From Candidatus Omnitrophota bacterium (GTDB lineage Bacteria; Omnitrophota; Gorgyraeia; Zapsychrales; Fredricksoniimonadaceae), in assembly GCA_013285735.1 (NCBI GenBank), contig JABDGZ010000002.1, forward strand, positions 81,621-145,620: DNA of 64,000 nucleotides, given 5' to 3'. Below, in pieces: positions 49,801 through 57,385 of the stretch (the first letter of the stretch is position 1; each line of letters opens with the position of its first letter). The position numbers and the translations under genes are program-made. The notes beneath the pieces were generated by a model. It had not been told where the DNA came from, did not search any database, and saw only the letters and a program-made list of their open reading frames with translations.

Positions 49801-52800
49801 CCTCTTTCACAACCATCCTCGATGGACTCGGCAATTCTTCTATATTTATCAATTGAATGTCCCCAACGGTCAATTCTTTCGTCCGTTCTTCTATGTAATC
49901 TTGAAGGGTTCTTGAAAGAGCATCAAAATCTTGATGGACATATCTATCGCGAAGTTTAATACCTATATCAATCTGTGCAATAATGGACATAGCATCCCCG
50001 ATAGCAGCTCCTGATCTCCCCATAGGATTGGCTTGAAAAAACCACCATTCATATTCGGCCAAAGCTTTCTTTCTTTTTTCAATATCTTCTTCTTTATTAT
50101 GTATCAGTACCCATAAATTCCCAAGATGTGCCATAATATCTGGTATCAATTCTGCAGAGGGATGAATAATTGTAAAAACACCTTCAAGTTCAGTAATCTT
50201 TTGATCGTATGTTTTAGTTTCACCATCTTTTCCAATAAAATCATACGTCTTTGAAAATCCTGCTCTTTTTTCATCTGAACTCATCCCGCTAAAAAGCCTT
50301 TGATCAATCTTCTCATGTAATACATCAAAGTATGTTCCTTCCCCATAATGATTTACAACCGTCACATAGAAACGATACCCCTCCCCATTTAATCGTTCAC
50401 GATTTGTTAAAGCCTCAAACACATTTTCTTCACTTTCATTAGTTGCTCTTTGTTCGTCCGCAATATTAATCCGCTCGGCCAAAACTTCTTCATACGTTGC
50501 CAGGTGATCTTCCGCTGTTATCGGCGACGAAGACTGCTGATTTTTTGCGGCCCCTCGTAAAACAACTCCTGCCATCCCTTTTGTATAAATTGGACCGGTT
50601 CCTATTATATTCTCTACTTGGGCAAGCATGGAAAGATCAGGGCCAAAATATTCATCAAGATCAATTTTATAAATTTTTATAAACCTCATCATTCCTAAAT
50701 TCTCTAAAGCTATTCTAGGATTGATCAAAGAACGTTTTTCTCGAACTATTTTTCCAATTTCACTTAATTTTTGAATAAATATCTTTTGAAAATGCTCTAC
50801 TGTAGTATGTATAGGTTGAGGTCGATTCATCCATTTTTCAACTACCCCACGAATTGACTCTTCTTGGTCAGGAGTCAATTGCGCACCCAATTCACATTGT
50901 AATTTAACAATGCGCATAATTGTTGCAACACTATCCAAATCATTAATGTTTCCAGAAATGCGAAGTACTTTTTGAATTAAATCATCGAAGGCTTCTACAT
51001 GACCAAACAACCGGCGCTTTGCATTAAAAGCAATTTGTGTAAGCGAGGCACGGGGCACGTCAAAAAAGAACCCAGAGTTTTTATCCACCAGCGCTCTTTT
51101 AAAATACTCAGTTCGACGTCCTTCTGTCTTTGCGTAAGGCCCTTTATACTGTATTACACGCCCATCTTTCCAACGTATTTCTTTATTAAAATCATAAAAA
51201 TCTTCCACTGTCACAGGCCTACCATCCACCTCTATGCCCTCTGCGGCAAGCGCATCAGCCAATTTTCTCAAAGACGCCTGTGCTTTACCAACAATCTCCG
51301 GACTCGTTTTATCCTTTGACAACATAGATTGGAAATACTCTTCATCCGTTAAAGGGATAGCAATCGCTATGTCAAAATCTTTGCTTTTTTTTATTTTAGT
51401 CCGTTCATTCCACGGAGTTCCACCAATAAACACAACATCATCAAGTTTCTTTTCCTCGAGCCATTCCATAAGACCCAAAGTATCTGTATCAGATATTTCT
51501 ATCGGCCCGTACTGCTCACGGAATTCAAACCATCTGGTTTTTATAGAAAAAATGGCTGTCCCGATTCTTTCCTTTATTTCCCTCATATCCCTTTCTTTAA
51601 GATAATCATATGCGGGAATCTCTCTTTGAATCAGCAACAATTCTGCGATGTCTTCTTCTCTACCCAATTTCTCTAGAATATCAAGAGCTCTGGCTTTGGT
51701 CGAAATATCCGTATCCCGATCTTTCACGGCAGTCAACAATATTCCATTAGCACGGCTGTCATTAATTCTTTCCGCAGCCTCTACAGAGGCCATTTGCACT
51801 GATTGATACGGACTTGTGGCACCCACCAAAAAAATCCTTAAAAACCTTAACCGATCAGACCGTTCAGATAATATGTGGATGACCCCTACGGCCTTACTTT
51901 CTTCACTTTTCTCAACCATTTCTCTTAATTCTTGAAAAAATATTTCAGGCTTATCCTCATCGATTAGCTTATTGATTTCTACTCTTAAACTATCAAAAGT
52001 ACCTGTGCCACCATCTGCAACGGCTGCTGCATCAACATTTTGTTCATCTGTACTTGTCATGGACACATCAGCCCTCACCCTTAATTCGCTCTTTGGTTGA
52101 TTATTGAAAAAAGTACCTACTTGTGCTGGACCAATAGTCCTGGTGCTCACCCTTAGCAAAAGACCACCTGAAAAATATTTCCTGGGAATAATTTGTTGGT
52201 TCAAAGGATCTACTTCTTCCTTAATATAGTTGTAAACACCTTTCTTAAAAGCCCGTAAATACTGTTGATAAATTTTTTCCTTCTCCTGGGGATCATCAAT
52301 ATTGACGCCAGCTACCTTATTTTTATTTACATAAACTTGTGCCAAAATGCTGTCCTTAATCTTATTCTTGTACCATGTGGCAAGGATTAATGAGTCATAT
52401 ACCTGACGAAGCCTGGCAAAATTCTTATTTTCATTAACTTCTGTTGTCAGTTCGGGGATGACGATTTCACGGACTATTTGAGAGCCTAGGGCGTTGATAC
52501 TATTCTTGTTTGTGATGAGAGATTGCTCCGCTGCGCTCGCAGTGACGTTATGCTTTTCAAGCGATAAATAATCCTGCTCAAGCATGACCTTGAGTTTGCT
52601 TTCTACTATATAGGCTGTTCCTGCTTTCGCATTTTCATAAATAACCGCTTGCTCTGGAATGATCCAGACTTTATTAAATGTATTAACTGGGACATTGGTC
52701 GTACCAAACTTTTTTTGGGCCTCTTCATATACTCTTTTCCAAAATTTCTTACCAATCTCTTCCTCAGGATAAACCAAGGAGGCTGTAATCTGTTTAAGGA

Positions 52801-53200
52801 TGTAATCTTCCCCCAACAAATCACGCCCCATTTCAGTTAAGCCAAAGGATTGAGGAATAATCCTGTCTTTTTCATACGGGGAAAGATTGACCCATAAATC
52901 TTTTTCAGGAGTGGTCAAACTAGCTAGGAAATATTTAATGAGTTTATTGGACTCGTCCTTGATCTGCTCACTACTTAATTCACTATCTCCTTTATCAAGA
53001 ATAAAATCAAATAGGAAAGGATTATCAGGGTAGACCTTGATGCCTTTGAGCATGGGAGGGGTAAACTCAGGGCTTAGATGAACCATAGCCCCGGGTGCAG
53101 GTAAGCTAAATTCCTGGGCAAAAACAGGCTCACGGATAGATGACCCTATAAAGGTCACGAGTACAGTTAAAACAATACTTATACGTAACTGTTTTAACAT
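46886..53200 (-). CDS. Giant Sec-signal protein P3 (2104 aa): shared N-module, HEAT repeats, class-II NTase-like head, GlnD-like HD plus 2 ACT, GGIDL C-module
   Basis: Signal peptide MLKQLRISIVLTVLVTFIGSSIREPVFAQ. N-module to PRKYFSGG (~52165..53100). HEAT-like region ~51640..51910. NTase motif FIGGTPWNERTKIKKSKDFDIAIAI (~51365..51432), then ...SLTQIAFNA...DLIQKVLRISG. GlnD-like LGKFLPEFETLRYHFEAPVHRFSVPMHS, with HD at ~48668 (AILCHDAEKE...HPIAGS...LTLADAHS). Two ACT-like units at ~47230..47900. The last 68 aa (46886..47092) begin TGGIDL. Confidence 0.8.
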   Translation of the reverse strand: MLKQLRISIVLTVLVTFIGSSIREPVFAQEFSLPAPGAMVHLSPEFTPPMLKGIKVYPDNPFLFDFILDKGDSELSSEQIKDESNKLIKYFLASLTTPEKDLWVNLSPYEKDRIIPQSFGLTEMGRDLLGEDYILKQITASLVYPEEEIGKKFWKRVYEEAQKKFGTTNVPVNTFNKVWIIPEQAVIYENAKAGTAYIVESKLKVMLEQDYLSLEKHNVTASAAEQSLITNKNSINALGSQIVREIVIPELTTEVNENKNFARLRQVYDSLILATWYKNKIKDSILAQVYVNKNKVAGVNIDDPQEKEKIYQQYLRAFKKGVYNYIKEEVDPLNQQIIPRKYFSGGLLLRVSTRTIGPAQVGTFFNNQPKSELRVRADVSMTSTDEQNVDAAAVADGGTGTFDSLRVEINKLIDEDKPEIFFQELREMVEKSEESKAVGVIHILSERSDRLRFLRIFLVGATSPYQSVQMASVEAAERINDSRANGILLTAVKDRDTDISTKARALDILEKLGREEDIAELLLIQREIPAYDYLKERDMREIKERIGTAIFSIKTRWFEFREQYGPIEISDTDTLGLMEWLEEKKLDDVVFIGGTPWNERTKIKKSKDFDIAIAIPLTDEEYFQSMLSKDKTSPEIVGKAQASLRKLADALAAEGIEVDGRPVTVEDFYDFNKEIRWKDGRVIQYKGPYAKTEGRRTEYFKRALVDKNSGFFFDVPRASLTQIAFNAKRRLFGHVEAFDDLIQKVLRISGNINDLDSVATIMRIVKLQCELGAQLTPDQEESIRGVVEKWMNRPQPIHTTVEHFQKIFIQKLSEIGKIVREKRSLINPRIALENLGMMRFIKIYKIDLDEYFGPDLSMLAQVENIIGTGPIYTKGMAGVVLRGAAKNQQSSSPITAEDHLATYEEVLAERINIADEQRATNESEENVFEALTNRERLNGEGYRFYVTVVNHYGEGTYFDVLHEKIDQRLFSGMSSDEKRAGFSKTYDFIGKDGETKTYDQKITELEGVFTIIHPSAELIPDIMAHLGNLWVLIHNKEEDIEKRKKALAEYEWWFFQANPMGRSGAAIGDAMSIIAQIDIGIKLRDRYVHQDFDALSRTLQDYIEERTKELTVGDIQLINIEELPSPSRMVVKEEIPEFQRVVNTIFKRVNDLYRIRGGGPFTVQQFVPVSFTDQRTYMESPLDIHGGNAMWFALKDLFESGVLKDYPISGLHPEGVWSEDDVSPLIDGLLDHELITPEEKDELIKYKQEIDTFLRGNFNSYKQGISVIEHFAVSGDVEKEYEKYYQNSELVYKVLTRVFQTVMEKELPASYSEVHQITDGDGFEIKVLDQGFYIDLANQFHLKIKGKGEAVRVIDFPEEISQERIEETFQERPELMVKVFQLTADKEATISDRVLRAIAAQTTALEEPTEAMKEAFYAFMKTQKKISLLLLKMYQVRLLGKFLPEFETLRYHFEAPVHRFSVPMHSIYLLYYLENIMFGDPRLHEAQGVYNNVSSDGNSLAALRFAILCHDAEKEVGGASWNTPHPIAGSIKMTPRFLSQFPDASAILPLVKWLVWYHQEWGMRINNTRYVAANNRSQFFFTDLVDTLKLAEGVLNQDLLNTFYLLTLADAHSVDPYDPSNPYQWTFENGKYQMTTDLFVALSEYLRQSPLEQDRLRGEWKQGAIDEAKRVQDETREHFNKDIIQRQLPKLISSIDGVDPKYVEDTTWLSKAFIEDPDTHESLWDEFTKMYDSFYFRFTDKNFLIEQFILFVFMHDISKDLLESHAVALEVSTPYGRMLNFLVGTNKDEQGIMYKAAGALAAMGFNILGAQINTSRAGIVFDQMRGWFIGRQDSRHIAETLLTKLQGESQKNQIQIAQLDALLKDRRFSQERSQKDDFPWERMLVPLLPILVDSVINGTVTVDEIFELNGARQDFKRSSGTQKIRTEVNFEDDIGQEASVFNLQTADRNGLLYVVSRILSDRFKLNIRVSPVNTYQTGVEDRFEVTKDGKSLTDEEKNEIKRVFEVYLEKEVITQDDLVRVANGGDVAQFSEDKASTGGIDLSLTNKNLQTQNAGEGIKFHIDQAMLQKLQNAPGFRPFIIDIQTVNLRNFLGVTDNQITAGTI
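52517..52546. repeat. Possible second palindromic element, in frame in P3 (VTASAAEQSL)
   Basis: The minus strand gtcactgcgagcgcagcggagcaatctctc contains the palindromic core ctgcg-ag-cgcag. It occupies the same loop that holds the REP copy in P2. There is only one copy in the window, so repeat status is an inference. Confidence 0.35.
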
Positions 53201-53246
53201 AACTAAAACACTCCATTAATCTTAATCAAATCTTAACAATATTATG

Positions 53247-53282
53247 AAATAAAAAGCCATGGATCTTGTTTCACCCATGGCT
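53247..53282 (-). terminator. Intrinsic-terminator-like hairpin between gene 53434..53790 and the P3 start
   Basis: The minus strand reads AGCCATGG-GTGAAACAAGAT-CCATGGCT followed by TTTTTATTT. It ends 47 nt upstream of the P3 ATG. Confidence 0.65.
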
Positions 53283-53335
53283 TCTTTGCCTTCAAAATTT
53301 GTTCCCCAACTACACCGCCGGGGCTAATTACTGAA

Positions 53336-53364
53336 AGTATATACTACATTTTCGACGCTGTCAA
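53336..53364 (-). promoter_or_regulatory. Near-consensus sigma70 promoter upstream of the hairpin and P3
   Basis: The minus strand reads TTGACA (53359-53364), a 17-nt spacer, then TATACT (53336-53341). Confidence 0.5.
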
Positions 53365-53433
53365 ATTCATGAGGAGGTAAAAATTGCAGAATTATTGTAA
53401 ATATATATATAGCAGCATCTTATATTCCAAATA

Positions 53434-53790
53434 TTATTCGTTTTTTATGTTCAACCACACCCTCATTTGATCCGAAGTAAAAATATGGCTAAGTTCTTGG
53501 TTCTCATCATTGATTAGCTGCTGCTTTTGGGTATACATGGCCTTGCCATCAATAGTCCCATTTTCCAGGCTTAGCTGTAGATTCCGAACTTTAACAATAT
53601 TATCTGCTATGATCGGCCGAGTGGCATTAATTTGATCCTGAGTCAATTTCATATTTGCTGTTATTTGAAACATCACAGCATCTGTTGCTTTAACGACTAT
53701 TTCATCTGTAACTGAAGCTTCCTGTGCACGGACCGACATCGTTAAAAATAAAAAAATAGCCAAAATGCCATACGCTATTTTTTGACTCAT
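53434..53790 (-). CDS. Small periplasmic LTXXQ-motif protein (Spy/CpxP-like, tentative)
   Basis: Signal peptide ...LTMSVRAQE. Helical sequence with KLTQDQ and FTSDQ motifs. Confidence 0.4.
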   Translation of the reverse strand: MSQKIAYGILAIFLFLTMSVRAQEASVTDEIVVKATDAVMFQITANMKLTQDQINATRPIIADNIVKVRNLQLSLENGTIDGKAMYTQKQQLINDENQELSHIFTSDQMRVWLNIKNE

Positions 53791-54176
53791 TTAAAGCCTC
53801 GCGCCATCCACAATAAAAAAAAGGGGATAAATACCCCCAGAAATAAAAAAGCCCAGACCCTCCAAGGGCGGGTATACTTGAAAGCCATCACAATGCCTAA
53901 TACCGTTGTAACCAAGAGCCCTAACGACATCAAGATAATTAAATAACGAAAAATAACCGATGGCTCTGGACGCATATTATTAGACGTCCATCGCTGATTC
54001 ATGTGGACTTGTGAAAAAGATTTAATGATCTCCGGCGGTTTGTAGCCGCCAGCTTCTTTACTGGCTTGGTGCAAATCAAATGTCTGCCAACATCCAGTGA
54101 TCAAAAAAAGCATCAACAAGGGGGCAAAAAAACACCCTAAATACAGGTGGATATTTCTCATTGCTTTAATGTTCAT
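53787..54176 (-). CDS. Small membrane protein with a PepSY-associated-TM-like N terminus
   Basis: R.IHLYLGCFFAPLLMLFLITG followed by two more TM helices. Overlaps the next gene by 4 nt. Confidence 0.4.
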   Translation of the reverse strand: MNIKAMRNIHLYLGCFFAPLLMLFLITGCWQTFDLHQASKEAGGYKPPEIIKSFSQVHMNQRWTSNNMRPEPSVIFRYLIILMSLGLLVTTVLGIVMAFKYTRPWRVWAFLFLGVFIPFFLLWMARGFK

Positions 54177-54194
54177 GAATTTATCCTGAGCAGA

Positions 54195-54527
54195 TCAATA
54201 GCTGGATGGTTTATTATCCACTAAACTAATTATTTTGTTCTTACCAGAAGAACTAATGTACTTAATAATCACCGGATCATCTTTGGCAATTTCTATTGAC
54301 GACATAGGTTTAGTAACCCGAAATAATTCTGATTCAACAGCAATATAAAACACCACATTGCCCAATTCTGTTTGTACGTTCAAAACTCCCGTTTCTGGAT
54401 CCACATAGGTTACCTTACCCGTAACAGTACTTGTTACCTGGTCTTTAGTTATTTGCTGACAATACGCTCTGGCAGATATAAACACTGCTGTTAACAAAAT
54501 AAGTGCAATCACTTTAAATTTAGACAT
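54195..54527 (-). CDS. Small secreted beta-rich protein, unknown
   Basis: Signal peptide MSKFKVIALILLTAVFISARAYC. No recognisable motif. Confidence 0.4.
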   Translation of the reverse strand: MSKFKVIALILLTAVFISARAYCQQITKDQVTSTVTGKVTYVDPETGVLNVQTELGNVVFYIAVESELFRVTKPMSSIEIAKDDPVIIKYISSSGKNKIISLVDNKPSSY

Positions 54528-54573
54528 TCTCTCTCCTCTGAAGTATTAATTAGATACTAGAAAAGTACCGTTA

Positions 54574-55098
54574 CTATTTTACTACGTACTCCATTAAGTC
54601 GGCTAAATAATCCATTTTTCCAACATCAACGCCATTGTGCCGCAAGATGGCATAGGCCATAGAAATATGAAAATAAAAATTAGGCAAAACGAAATTTAAT
54701 AAATAGGGCTGCCCTAAAAAAGAGGTTTCCTGGCCCCTGAGCTTTAAGGTAACCTTGCGCTCTTCGCTGCCATCAATCTGCTTCGCACTAAAAGTCTTTA
54801 GAAACTCAATGGTCTTGGTGATACGTGCCTGTAATTCAGGAAAAGTTTTTTCCGTATCAGGGTAACTGGGTATTTCAACGCTGGCGAGCCTGGCAGCACA
54901 CCCTTTGACCCCATCTGTGACGATCTGTACTTGGCGTGACAAAGGGAACATATCCGGAGCTAAACGGGCATTAATAAAAACTTCCGGGTCAATTTTCTTA
55001 GCCAAAGCATGCGCCTCTGCCTTTTTAAGGATCCCTGATAAATTATTCAACTTACTAATAAAAACCGGTATTGAAGCCTGATACATGGATAATGACAT
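54574..55098 (-). CDS. DUF1993-family protein
   Basis: MSLSMYQASIPVFI..L.NL..IL.KA..HA... is typical of DUF1993. I chose the start at the ATG 55096-55098, preceded by AAGGAGG. The track ORF extends to 55161. Confidence 0.6.
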   Translation of the reverse strand: MSLSMYQASIPVFISKLNNLSGILKKAEAHALAKKIDPEVFINARLAPDMFPLSRQVQIVTDGVKGCAARLASVEIPSYPDTEKTFPELQARITKTIEFLKTFSAKQIDGSEERKVTLKLRGQETSFLGQPYLLNFVLPNFYFHISMAYAILRHNGVDVGKMDYLADLMEYVVK

Positions 55099-55162
55099 AA
55101 TTACCTCCTTTAATAACGTTTGCTTTTCATTTATTTTACATAAACTGTTGAGTAAAAGCAAA

Positions 55163-56137
55163 TCATGTACAAATTACAAATTCTTCGGTTAAGTACCCCT
55201 TATTCTTGTCATACCCATTCAATTTTAAAACCGAAGTAACCTGTCTTCCCTTTTTACCTTTATTAGTTTTTTGAATAAAAATCAATAAATTGACCGCTTC
55301 AGCGATAGCTTCAGGAACAGGGGTTACGCCTGCTTCCATGATCAATTGCTCTAATCTTAACAGGCCACTCTGGGCGGAATTAGCGTGAATGGTGCTCACC
55401 CCACCGGGATGTCCGGTATTCCACGCCTTAATCAACGAATGTGCTTCTTTACCTCGTACTTCACCAATAATAATTCTATCAGGCCTGATGCGCATCGAGT
55501 CAAAAATTAAATCATTGATGCTTTTAGAGGGTGAGGCCCGCATCGTCACTGAATCTTTGACACTGCATTTAAGTTCTTGAGTGTCTTCAATAATGATAAC
55601 TCGATCCTGCGGGTGAATTTTGGCAATGCAGTCCAATATCGCATTACAGAAGGTGGTTTTACCTGATTGCGTTCCACCTACAACCAAAATAGAATTTCTT
55701 TGATCAACGGAAATCTTGATGACTCGCTCCTGCTCTGGAGTGATGATCTCATCTTCAACATAATCTTCTAGAGGAATGACCTGCCCTGCGCGTTTTCTGA
55801 TGGCAAAGGCTGGGTAAGTAACCACCGGCGGGATAAAAGCTTGGAATCGAAATAATTTAAAATCCTCGTTGATCTCAACCCAAAGTTCACCTGCAAAACT
55901 GGGATTCTTATGTGTAACCACTTCATCAGATACACTCGCGACCGTGTTGATTAAATTCTTAGCTGCAGTTGCTGACATCGTCCCATATTCACGTTTCCCC
56001 TGATACCCATCAACCCACAAAACCCCATCGGGATTAAGCAAAATTTCATAAATCTCGTCATCAGCAAGCGCTGAAAAGACCAGCTCACCTAGGTCTTGCC
56101 GCAGTTTATTTTGAGTACGAGAGTGTTCCCTCAGCAT
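55163..56137 (-). CDS. virB11: Type IV secretion ATPase VirB11/TrbB family
   Basis: Walker A GGTQSGKTT, RIIIGEVRG and GHPG..TIHAN motifs. 324 aa. Confidence 0.9.
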   Translation of the reverse strand: MLREHSRTQNKLRQDLGELVFSALADDEIYEILLNPDGVLWVDGYQGKREYGTMSATAAKNLINTVASVSDEVVTHKNPSFAGELWVEINEDFKLFRFQAFIPPVVTYPAFAIRKRAGQVIPLEDYVEDEIITPEQERVIKISVDQRNSILVVGGTQSGKTTFCNAILDCIAKIHPQDRVIIIEDTQELKCSVKDSVTMRASPSKSINDLIFDSMRIRPDRIIIGEVRGKEAHSLIKAWNTGHPGGVSTIHANSAQSGLLRLEQLIMEAGVTPVPEAIAEAVNLLIFIQKTNKGKKGRQVTSVLKLNGYDKNKGYLTEEFVICT

Positions 56138-57374
56138 CTTCTAAATTCTCCAAGACCATGTCTTTCATGACGATGATTTTGAATTTATACCCTGGATCAA
56201 TGATTACCGTTGGCTGCACATCCATGTTCTTCTCCAGAGATTGATCGCTAACATCTGCCAGTTTTTGTCCGACGCTGGCTGCCACTATTTCCCTGGGGTC
56301 TGTATCTTGTTCAGCCTTTTGATTTAAAATGTCATACCCTGCCCCCATAAGGCTTAACAAAACAGCGTTCCCATAAATCCGTAAATAATGATTGTCCACC
56401 TTGTCATGAAATCCTGTAAATCCGGCAATGTCCGATCCCTGCATTTTTTCAATATCAATACTCTTACCGTCAGGAAATATAATCCTGTTCCACACCACCT
56501 GTACCCGCTGCTGACCAAAAGTTAGATTACTATTATATTCTCCCACGAGCTTAGCCCCTTGAGGGATCAAAAGATAATTACCTGTTATCGAGTCATATAC
56601 ATTCTCTGTAACCTGAGCATTAACATTCCCGGGCAAATCTGAATTGATCCCTGTTATTAAAGCCGCTGGGATATAACTCCCTGCTTTGACTTCATAGGGG
56701 GAACGAGGTTTCTTTTTTGAATTCTCAAGATAATCATCATCTGCATCTGCTTTCTTTAAAAAGGTCTTTTTCCCCTCCTGATTATTGATGTCCACACCTA
56801 ACTGTCCCACTATCGATGGGATTGATGGAATCTTGGCACCCGTTACTGATTTGACCATGTCTATGACTTCTTCTAAACCACCTGTTAAATCATCTCTACT
56901 GGATTGCTTTTTTGGAGATACCGCTTGGGTCCCTGGAGGGCCTGGGATTTCTATGCTCAACGAAGACTTTATTGCCTCTAATTCGAGCTTCTTTTCTTCA
57001 ATCCTGTTTTTATCTTCAATTTTTTTGATTTCAAGTTCGGAGGAATATTCATCCTCGAGTTCTTGTCTTTTTAAATCAAGATCCTGGCTTGAAATGAGCC
57101 GTGTCACAATCTCCTGAATTGTTGGCTTACGCACCAAAGATTCATTGGGACTAATCTTTATATTCTTAAATCTTTCATCATTAAACCAACTCTCGTCGAC
57201 AGATCTTGGAGAAAGATCCAAAGACTGCTGCGGCATGCTATGAACTACTTTTACTTTTTGGTTCACTTGAGTCTTATACATAAACGTACCCATCACGACC
57301 AATAAAACGATGATCCCGATTAAAAATGGCAGACGATTGGTTTGGACTATTTTTTGAGGTGTTAGATTAAACAT
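56106..57374 (-). CDS. virB10: Type IV secretion protein VirB10/TrbI family
   Basis: N-terminal TM helix, a charged/Pro-rich linker, and a C-terminal barrel with ...GAKLVGEYNS...QRVQVVWNRIIFPDGKSI...GFTGFHDKVDNHY.... Confidence 0.85.
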   Translation of the reverse strand: MFNLTPQKIVQTNRLPFLIGIIVLLVVMGTFMYKTQVNQKVKVVHSMPQQSLDLSPRSVDESWFNDERFKNIKISPNESLVRKPTIQEIVTRLISSQDLDLKRQELEDEYSSELEIKKIEDKNRIEEKKLELEAIKSSLSIEIPGPPGTQAVSPKKQSSRDDLTGGLEEVIDMVKSVTGAKIPSIPSIVGQLGVDINNQEGKKTFLKKADADDDYLENSKKKPRSPYEVKAGSYIPAALITGINSDLPGNVNAQVTENVYDSITGNYLLIPQGAKLVGEYNSNLTFGQQRVQVVWNRIIFPDGKSIDIEKMQGSDIAGFTGFHDKVDNHYLRIYGNAVLLSLMGAGYDILNQKAEQDTDPREIVAASVGQKLADVSDQSLEKNMDVQPTVIIDPGYKFKIIVMKDMVLENLEDAEGTLSYSK

Positions 57375-57385
57375 ATATAAAACCC

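Noticed and set aside
49985-50050. Possible Fic/Fido-like motif in P3 (WWFFQANPMGRSGAAIGD)
   Set aside because: It only loosely resembles HxFx(D/E)GNGRxxR. The His is absent and the spacing differs, which is not enough to call.
53371-53460. Plus-strand AGGAGG followed by a TTG-initiated 27-codon ORF overlapping the end of gene 53434..53790
   Set aside because: It has a non-ATG start, a low-complexity Y/S/I-rich product, and lies antisense to a better-supported gene. It is probably a chance occurrence in AT-rich sequence.
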